Source of the DNA: a virus
Taxonomy: Duplodnaviria; Heunggongvirae; Uroviricota; Caudoviricetes
Strand: one strand, 5' to 3'
Length of the DNA stretch: 11,923 nucleotides
Virus record (IMG/VR): IMGVR_UViG_3300035394_000193
Shown here: one piece after another, positions 1-9,053 of the stretch
Numbering within the stretch: position 1 is the stretch's first letter
Layout of the letters: each line of letters opens with the position of its first letter
Program-made: the position numbers and the translations under genes
Notes under the pieces: model-generated
Seen by the model: only the letters and a program-made list of their open reading frames with translations
Told to the model about the DNA's origin: nothing
Databases searched by the model: none

Positions 1-1
1 T

Positions 2-958
2 AGCTTAAAAGGTATGGGAACAGAGATTGCAGGAAGTGCTCCTGAATTAATAGACGCCGGATTAGGTGCTTTAGGAGTAAAGAGAGCAGACGCTAATTTA
101 GCACGTGGTGCAGCAGGTTTTGATAAAGGTGCTAGTACAGCATTTAAAGTTGCTATGAAAACAGGAAATCCTTGAGCAATTGCAGCAACAGGAATTGTTG
201 CAGGATTAAGTAAAATTAATATGTATGGTGGAAAAACTCTTAAGAGTTCTGGAACCGATGCTATTAATATGAAAGGTTATACTCCTGGAATGGAAACAGC
301 AGGTAAATTTGCAATAACAGGAAGTGGAAAGAAATATGATAGATATGCAAAACAGAATAAGAATATAGCAAATACTAATTTATTAAAAGGTAATGCTTCT
401 TATGGAGATTCACAAAATCAGCTGGCTGCTTCAAATAGTTATGGTGATATTGCTACTAAAAACTATCAACAATTACAAGGAGGAATTAATCCTAATGTCC
501 TTTCCGCTAAAAAAGGAGGAACTATTAATCCTGCAAAACTTTCTAATATAAAGAAAAAAGCTTTAAGAAATGTTAAGAAAGCCCAAGAAGGAAGTATGGC
601 AATAAATACTACAACTTTAGCTTTAGGTGGTAAAGTTAATATAATTCCTGAAGGCGCTTTACATGCACATAAAAATCATTATGAAGGTGACCTTGCAGAA
701 CAAGTTACATCAAAAGGTATTCCTGTTATTACTTATGAAGAAGGCGATAAAATCGTTCAACATGCAGAAATAGAAAGAAATGAAGTTATATTTCATATAG
801 ACACTACTAAGCAATTAGAAGAATGATTTAAAGAATATAATGATACAGAAGATACTAAAAAGAAAGCAGAATTAGAAATAGAATGTGGTAAATTTTTAGT
901 TGAAGAAATTTTAGAGAATACTTTAGACAAGACTGGACTTTTGGAGGAAGTTAACTAA
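2..958 (+). CDS. Partial (5'-truncated) putative virion cargo/structural protein, at least 318 aa under table 4
   Basis: Open frame from nt 2 to TAA 956-958 when TGA 173 (GNP-W-AIAA) and TGA 824 (LEE-W-FK) are read as Trp. The TAA overlaps the next ATG (TAATG). C-terminal block NIIPEGALHAHKNH..KGIPV..AEIERNEVIF..GKFLVEEILENTLDKTGL resembles a conserved crAss-like phage protein (from recall, not searched). Confidence 0.8.
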
Positions 959-3207
959 TGAAATATATACCTAAATATCAAAGACCTTTTTCTCCTTTAG
1001 TTACAATTCAAGATAATACAAGAACGGTATATCCACAACAAGCTTTAATACAATTACAACAAGGACTTAGGGATAATCAAAAAGAGCAGGATTATCAAAC
1101 AGCAATAAAAACTAAATCTGAAGTTGCTTTTAAGGAAAAGTATAAACAATCACCTCATAGGTATAAATATGATACAGACCCTCAATATAAAGCACAAACT
1201 GATAAGCAAGGAAAAGTATCAGCAAAAGAAAATGGAGCAATAGATTTACCATCTTCTGATTTAAGAAGAAAAGATGTTGTTAATCCTGCAAATATGTGAA
1301 TGTATCCTAACTTAACTGGAGAATCTAATAGACAGGCTACAAATTTTTCTAATGAAGTTATAGGTGCTGCTCTTCCAATCCTATTAATTAATAAAGTGGG
1401 AAAATTGCCAGGAATAACTGATAAAGTTATAAACTCAACATTAGCAGCAGGAAAAAATTTAGTTAATCCCGCCGAACGTTTATTAACTGAACAGGAGTTA
1501 CTAAAATTAAATCAAACATTAGACAAAAAAGGCATTCTTCCACAACAGAAAACTTTTAATTGACCATGAAAAGAACCAATAAGAAAAGCAATAGAACCCT
1601 TTGGTTATGGCAGTGCTCAAGGTGGCATGACAATTACTGGTGGTAAATTTAGTGATTTAAAGGGAGCCATCTTTGGAGGAAAAAATCCAAGTTATGTCAG
1701 TTCTAAGGAATGATTAAAAATTCTTAGTGGATATGATGATGATATAGCAGTGGCTTTTAAAAACTTAAGACAAAAGAAATTATCAGGAACTGAATACGAA
1801 GATGCTATAAATAATTTAATAGAAAGTACTGGACAAAGAAGATCATCAGTAATTAGTGAGCCAAATATTAAAAAGGCTTTAAATAATAGGGATAAATTAA
1901 GAATACGACCAATTGATCCTTTGGCTCCCAAGGAATTTTCTAATACCTCTCCCATAAAATTAAATAATAGGTATACAACTTGAGATATGTATTTGGGAAA
2001 ACCTCAAATTAAACACCCAATGTATACCGTAAGTCCTTTAAGTACTAATAAGAAAACTGTTTATACAATTAAACCAGAATTTACAAATAAAGCTGCAATT
2101 GAAAGAGAATTAAAAGAAAATATTAATTTAGTTGCCAATAAAGATTCTAATTTAGGGAGATGAAATATATTAACTGATAATAGAACTAAGGACTATACAT
2201 TATTAGATTCAGATGCATCTTATTTTGGCACTATGGGTGGATTTAACTGAAAATTTAAACCTTTAGAAAATGGAAATGTACAAGCAATTGCAAATGATAT
2301 ATGAGATTTAAATCCTTATCAGCAATTTAAAATTAAACAAAAATGAGTTCCTCAAGTAATTAAGAATAAAATTGAACCATTAGTACAAAAAATTGAAGTA
2401 GGAAAACTGTTAGGTATAGGAAAACCCTTAGATGTAAGAGTTGGATTTGAATTTGATAAGACTGGAAACATAATTAAACAATTTAAATGTGGAGGAAATA
2501 TGAAATATCAAATAAAATCTAAAACAAAGAAACAAAAACTCCAAGATGGAGCACAAGTTCAATATAATGATGCTATTAAGAATAAAAGACTGATTAAAAA
2601 AGGTCAAACTGGCTTAAAAGTAATATCTGGACCAACAGTATATAGTAGAAATGACCCTGCTTATAAAGCATATCAGGATAGTTTATCTGAATATAATTAT
2701 GGTGTGAAATTTCAACAAGATAATCCTGACTTTGATAGATATTCAATTAATGAATATCTTAATAATCCTTATATTCCATCAATTATTAAAAATAATTTTA
2801 TAAGAAATAAGAATAAACCTATAGGTGTTATGGCAGACCCTAAGTTTAGTCATGTTGGAGCTATATATAAAAAGCCTACTAATCCTATTACATTAGCACA
2901 AGTACCAAAGTTACAACCTAAACTTAATCAATCTTCTAATACCAATCTTTTACAACCAAGACAAACTCCTGAATTATCTTATCCTATTGATAAAAAATTA
3001 CTTAGTTCGAGAGGAGTATATATAAATGCGGGAAATAATGATGCTAATCATCAAGGAGAAGGAATGTACACTATTAATACTTATGATGATGGCAGTTCTG
3101 ATAAAATAAAATCTATTAAAAGAAAATCTTCTGACTTAATTGTTAAAAAACAAATAGGAGGGAAATTACCCGATATAACTAATATACTTGCTCAATGAAA
3201 AAAATAA
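958..3207 (+). CDS. 749-aa modular hypothetical protein (putative virion cargo) under table 4
   Basis: Track ORFs 958-1299, 1300-1563, 1750-1983 and 2500-3198 share one frame. The gaps contain only TGA (1297, 1561, 1567, 1711, 1981, 2161, 2248, 2302, 2344, 3196) and no TAA/TAG until TAA 3205-3207. Start coupled to the upstream stop (TAATG 956-960). Confidence 0.8.
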
Positions 3208-3776
3208 AAATACAAATAGCTGATAAGCAATACACGGTTGAATTAGCTGAATCTGAGGAAGAACAAGAAGAAGGATTACAAGGACGAATTGAATTACAAG
3301 AAGGAACAGGAATGTTATTTATGTTTGATAAAAATGAAGTTCGAGGATTCTGAATGAAAGATACAGAAATTCCTTTAGATATTATCTTTATAGATGATGA
3401 ATTAGAAGTAACAGCAGTTTACGAAGGAAAACCAAATGATATTACTTTATTAGAAGCTGAATGTACTTATGTATTAGAAGTAAATCAAAAATCAGGTATT
3501 AAAGAAGGCGATGAGTTAGACTTTGAACCTGATAATAAACAAATAAAAAAGACAGATAAGATGTTAGTGTTAGATTCTAGTGGAGAAACACAGATGGAAT
3601 TAGATGGCGGTGAGAGAATTTTTTCTCGCAAGAATACTAAAACATTAATTAAATTCGCTAAGAAAGCAGCAACAACAGAAAAGGAGAATGATTATAAAGC
3701 ATTAGGAAAAAGAATGTTTAAATTTTTGCAGGTACAATCAGAAACTCCTGCAGAGTATGTAGAATCCAAAAATTAA
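3195..3776 (+). CDS. DUF192 (COG1430-like) family protein with a C-terminal extension, 193 aa
   Basis: ATG 3195 gives MKKIKIQIADKQYTVELAESEEEQEEGLQGR..GMLFMF..GF-W-MKDTEIPLDIIFID..YVLEVN, matching the DUF192 signature (VElA...GL...GMLF...FWMK.T..PLDiiF...VLE). The W is TGA 3351-3353. Ends at TAA 3774-3776. Confidence 0.9.
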
Positions 3777-3787
3777 TTAAAACAATG
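3774..3787 (+). promoter_or_regulatory. A-rich, SD-less translation initiation region (also upstream of 4146 and 10974)
   Basis: TAATTAAAACA-ATG (3785), TAATAAAAACACAAATAT-ATG (4146) and TAATAAAAAT-ATG (10974) have no AGGAGG. Bacteroidota are known to initiate from A-rich, SD-less regions. Confidence 0.5.
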
Positions 3788-4075
3788 ATTGTAAAAAAAT
3801 TACAAATGGGTGGACCAGCTCCTGAAGCGGCACCTCAAGGTGGTGCACCTGCACCTGAACAAGGCGGACAACCTCAAGGTGGTGGACCAGAAGAACAAAT
3901 TGCTGCAATGGCACAACAGATTATTCAACAATTAGGTCCTGAAGCAGCAGCAATGCTAGCTCAGATTATAATGCAGATGTTACAAGGCGCCGCAGGAGGT
4001 GGAGAAGAAGCTTCACAAGGCGAACCTGTATACGCTAAAAAAGGCGGAAAATTAGTTTTAATAGGCAGAAAATAA
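3785..4075 (+). CDS. Small Gly/Pro/Gln/Ala-rich protein (96 aa), putative small virion cargo protein
   Basis: Intact ORF under either code (no TGA or TGG). N-terminus KKLQMGG, C-terminus GEPVYAKKGGKLV, central short helix. Resembles a small conserved crAss-like protein found before the large cargo genes (recall). Followed by a terminator. Confidence 0.85.
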   Translation: MIVKKLQMGGPAPEAAPQGGAPAPEQGGQPQGGGPEEQIAAMAQQIIQQLGPEAAAMLAQIIMQMLQGAAGGGEEASQGEPVYAKKGGKLVLIGRK

Positions 4076-4084
4076 GCCTACCTC

Positions 4085-4124
4085 TAAAGGGAAGCAGAAT
4101 TATCTGTCTTCCCTTTATTTCTTT
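4085..4124 (+). terminator. Rho-independent terminator
   Basis: TAAAGGGAAG (4085-4094) pairs with CTTCCCTTTA (4108-4117). Inner stem CAGA/TCTG with loop ATTA and a single-T bulge at 4107. Followed by TTTCTTT; lies in the only sizeable intergenic gap. Confidence 0.85.
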
Positions 4125-4145
4125 AAATAATAAAAACACAAATAT

Positions 4146-7100
4146 ATGGCACTAGTAAAAAAATTACAGCCTGGAGGTAATATAGACCAAACTGCATTAA
4201 ATGAAGCATTGAATACAGAATTGGGGTCTTATAACCTAAAGAGCAAAGACGAAAGAAAAGTTAGAGATGCATTAACTAGACTAAGAGATTTTAGTGCAAC
4301 TTCTGGTAATTCTTTTACCGCAGACCAAGTTGCTCAAAAATTTATAATCACAGGACCTGGTAGCAATCAATTTCAAGGAAGTCCTGATGATGTAAAATCA
4401 AATTGATTTACAGGAAAACTTAAAATTAATGATGATCAAGATGCAATGTCAGTTGCTGCTGCTATCTATGCAGGGGCACATAAAAATATACAAGGAAGTA
4501 GTTCTACTACTTCTACTACTCCAACAAAAACTTCAATAAATATCGGAGATTATGATAAATATCTTGTAGATGATATTTATGGAGGACCTGATGTTTTCAG
4601 ACAAGATTTTAGAAAACTTAAAACAAATGATTTAAGGCAAAAAGAGTATTTAACTAATATGAAAGACTATATTGATAAATATCAATTAGGTTGGGATAAA
4701 GATATAGATAAATATGATTATGCTGATAAAGACAAAATAAATGAATTACGTGCAGCTCTTGGTGATGGAAATATTGCTAATTGAGATAAAGTAGTTCCTA
4801 TAGCTCGTAAATTAGGATGAAATCCTAATCATATTCTAGTAAATGATGTAGATTTGGCAACTTATGCAGAAGAAGATGCTAAAACAAAACAAACTAACGA
4901 TGTTGCGCAAGCTAATAAATATTCAACAGATTTACAAGGAAAAGGACTTTTACCAAACATATCCAATCCATTACTTAATGCAGGCTATGTCCCTGTAGAA
5001 AGACTAAATCCTGCAGGATATTCTAATGATCAAATAGAAGCTTTTAATAATTATATTCTTAATAAAAAAGGATTTATGTTTCAAGCTCCCGGAGGACAAC
5101 AAATTGCTATTGACATTCAAGGAAATCCTATTCAATCTAATGGTTCAGAATTTGATCAATTTAATCCTTTAACAGGTAAAGCTTGAGGAGGAGATTATAC
5201 AACTGGATTTCAATATGGCGAAGGAAAATATAAAGCTTCCGATGAAGATAATGACGAAAATGATAGAGGTAGAGGTTTAGATATTCCTCAATTACAAGGT
5301 TGAGGTAGAGCAACAGGTTATTCAAGAAATAGTAAAGATGTAGCTCATGCAAAATTAGGAGAAAATAGAGATTATACAAAATATATTGAATTTAACACTC
5401 CTAAAGGAAAAATCACTTTAACTAAAGATGACAAAGGAGTATATACTTCCTCTACGGGTGAAACATATCCTAAATTATGAATTAAAGGATATAAACCTGA
5501 TTATGATGTTAATATAGAAAATTATGATGCAATTTTAAACGATGTTGACAATCCTTTATCTTCTATACCTACAAATAATGATTATGGTAGTTTAACTGAT
5601 GCTTTAACATCTTTAGCTGAACAAAAACAAGCTATTATTAAAGATGGTACTTATTCTTCTGTGGGAGAAATGCAAAAGTTGGCAGGATATATGAAACATA
5701 TTATAGCCACAGCTAAACCTGGAGAAGATAAAAGAAAAGCCTTAGCAACTTATGCTGAATTAAGAGAAATTTTTAAAAATAATAATATTCCTACTAATAA
5801 ATTGGGCGGAGTAATTAAAGCACAAAAAGGAATGTCTTTTGCAGAATATAATGCAAAATATTCTCCAAAACCAAATACTACTCAAACTACTGCTCCAGGT
5901 AATAAACCGGCTGTAAGTGCGGAAGGGATGCTTAAAAATATGAACACTTTGGATGCTATATCTTTAGCCGGAACAACAGCTTCATTTATTCCTGGAATAG
6001 GTGTTATTGGAGGAGCAGTTAGTACTGTGGCTGATTTAGTAAACGATATTAATAAAGGTAAAAGTTTTGGAGAAACTTCCGTAAATTTAGGAATGAATTT
6101 AGGTTTTACAGCATTAGCTTTTTTTGGTGCGGGAGGATTAAAAGCCTTAAAAGTAGGAGTAGAAGCTGCTAAAATAGGCAAAGCTGCAGATTTTGCTGTT
6201 GATCTTACTACAGCAGGTAAAAAAGCGGAAGCATTAATAAAATTAGCGAAAAAGTCTGAATCTTCTGTAGATTTAGGAACAAAAGCTCTTTTAGAATCTA
6301 CTTTAAAAGTATCAAATATTTCTAAAAGTTTAGGAGGAGAAGGTAGTAAAATATTAAAAGCAGTAGCCAATGCGGATAATGTTGCATCATTAGATGAACC
6401 TACAAAATTAATCTTAAAAAATGCTGGCTATATTGATGATGCTGGAAATGTTCTTAAAAAAGAAGGAACTAAATTAATTCAAGCTGATTTAGGAATTGCT
6501 CATGGTATTCAAAATCAAAATATAACAAAAGTATCTAGAATAGCAAATAATTGAATTAAAGAACCAATAGAAACTACAGGAAAAGCTGTTATAGATAAAA
6601 GTTCTAAATTATTAAATAATAAAACTGTTAGTGGAATAGCTAGAACTGCTTTTATCGGAGGGACTGCTGGAACTGGAGGTTATGGTATTATTAAAGATTA
6701 TAATTCCGCCCCTGAAAATCTTTCTTGAAATGAAAAATTAGGAAGAACTCAAACATCTGACTGAAGTAATTTATTAATGGGGGCATCTACAGCTAGAAAT
6801 ACTCTTAAAGGAAATAGATATAAAAGAGCGCTAGAAAATCAAACAGAGCCTAGTACAGTAAAAGAAGCTGTTCATAAAATTACGTTAGGCGAAACTACAC
6901 ATGAACTTTCAAGTCCTTTAACATCCCTTCCTAAAAATTTTAAAAGTAAAGTTTGAGAAACAAAAGCAGCAGAAACAACACATATTGAACGTGTAAAGAA
7001 AGAATTATCTGAAAAACTTAAAATCTCTGATCCTACCGAAAAAGAAAAAGTTATAAATGATTTTTTTAAAGATAAGAAAATATCTGATCTTAAAAATAGT

Positions 7101-9053
7101 CTTGAACCAAGAGAGGAAGGAGAATTAGTACTTAGAGAATTTGTTAATAATAGATTTAAAGACCAAGCAAGGAGTATAAAAGAATATGAATTAGCTAAAA
7201 AAATAATTGAGCGTGATATTAAAAGTGTTGGAAGATTAAATGCTAGTCCTTGAGGAACTAAAAAGTTTGAAGCTAAGAAAAAAACTTCTAAACCAGCAGA
7301 AGTAACAAAATCTTCTGAAAAACCAAAACAATTCTTGCCACCCCCTACTAAGTCAGGAGTAGTTATACCGCCTCCATCTTTTAAAAAACCCTCTGTAGTT
7401 AAAGTTAATGAACAATTAATTAATAAGGTTAATAAAAAAGCAACCCCAAGAGATAAATCTAAAAAAGGTTGAACAGGAGAAACTCATTGAATGTTAGAAG
7501 GTGGAATTTTAAAATATCAAAATGCCGCACAATCATCAATGGGTCCATTAAATAATCCTACATGAAAAAAAGGATACACTAATACTTTACAAAATACAGG
7601 TGTTGATTATGGTACAGGATTGAGTCTTAAAGCGACACAACAATTTACAGTTCCGTCACAACCTAGAACCGGAAATTATTATGGAGGAGTTACAAATGAA
7701 TTAATTCAAAAGAATTGGAATCCTGAAATTTTAAAAGCTGCTGGTTTAGACCCAACTAATGTAAGTACATGACCTTCTAATACTCCTCAATTATTACAAA
7801 AATATATTGAAACTAGACCTGAATTAATTAGTCAATTAAAAGATCAAACAAGTCCTTCACATAATAAATTTGGTATGGATTGATATTATACAGGATTAAA
7901 ATCAGAAACTCCATCTACTCAAACTACAACAACTACTCCAACAGGAACTCCTGCTGCAGAAACTAAACCTATAGTAATTCCTGCAACTGGGCCAACTACT
8001 AATATTAATAGTAATGTAATTCAAAAACCTGGAATATGAGATTCTTTAAAAGGAACTCTTGATTCTACAGGTATTGCTAATGGTTTAATGTATTTAAATA
8101 CTTTAGGTGCAAATGCATGAATAGGAAATGAACAAAGAAAAGCTATTTCATCCGGACTTTTTCAACTTCCTTATATGCCACATCAATATATAAGAGCTGA
8201 TAAACCTTATTCATTAGCTGCAAATAAACAAGCGGCTGACGTAAATTCTCAAGGTAAAAAAATAGCAGCATCAACATCGGATTTAAATCAAGGAAATGCT
8301 ATTAGATTACAAGCTTTAAAACAAGCAAGCGGAATAATTGAAAAAGGACAAGCACTTGATTGGGAACGATTGGATAAAGTTAGAGAAATGCAATTAAAAA
8401 ACAATGCTTCTGTTGATTCATATAATACTCAAACTCTTGGTAAAAATAGAGGTCTTACGGCAGAAGCAATGCAAAAAATACATTTAACTAATGCAAATCA
8501 ACGTAATGCTCAAAATACAGCAACTAATAATTGATTAACTGCTTGGGATAAAAATTATGGTTTAAATCAATATAAACAAAATATGGCAAAATATTTTGAT
8601 ATGACTAACGACCCTAAATTAAAATCTTTATCTGATGAATACACAGACTTTGCAGGAGAGAAAGGAAAGGCATCTGCACTTGCGACATATAATGCTAATA
8701 AGGCGAATTATGATAAAACTCATATGCCTGGAGGTGTTAATGGAGGAACTCAATACAAACCTTTTGAAGAATCGGATGAATATAAACAATGGCAAACTGA
8801 TATTACTAAAAAATTAGATTATCTTAAATTGCAAATGAAACCTTTAGAATTAGCTCAACAAAAATTAAATCTTGATCAACAAATGTTGTATTGGAGAAAA
8901 GAGGGCGGAAAAATGACAAAGAAAGAGAAAATTGATATTGATAATAATAAATTCAATAATGTTAAGCGATTAAAGGAAACTGAATTAACTTATAAAGCAA
9001 TAATGCATAATAATGAAATGTTACAAAAAGCTTTAATTAAAGTGTTTAAATAA
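4146..9053 (+). CDS. 1635-aa large putative ejection/cargo (trans-envelope) protein under table 4
   Basis: Track ORFs 4146, 4446, 4854, 5661, 8175 and 8583 share one frame. 19 in-frame TGA (4404, 4782, 4818, 5184, 5301, 5478, 6552, 6726, 6762, 6954, 7251, 7470, 7488, 7563, 7770, 7881, 8037, 8118, 8532) and no TAA/TAG until TAA 9051-9053. Contains a Gly/Ala-rich hydrophobic hairpin (about 5955-6150), low-complexity linkers and an N/Q/A-rich helical C-terminal part. Confidence 0.8.

Noticed and set aside
1692-1955. Minus-strand 87-aa ORF
   Set aside because: Antisense shadow fully inside gene 2; no recognisable features.
2491-2496. GGAGGA Shine-Dalgarno-like site before ATG 2500
   Set aside because: Only 3 nt from the ATG, explained by the Gly-Gly codons of the protein motif, and the other starts are SD-less. 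An internal start is not excluded but is unsupported.
5161-5379. Minus-strand 72-aa L/Y-rich ORF
   Set aside because: Composition typical of an off-frame antisense artefact of AT-rich coding DNA.
5882-6370. Minus-strand 162-aa ORF
   Set aside because: Mirror of the Gly/Ala-rich part of gene 5, where antisense stops are depleted; no independent support.
8635-8817. Plus-strand alternative-frame 60-aa ORF
   Set aside because: Nested in gene 5, short, with no motif.
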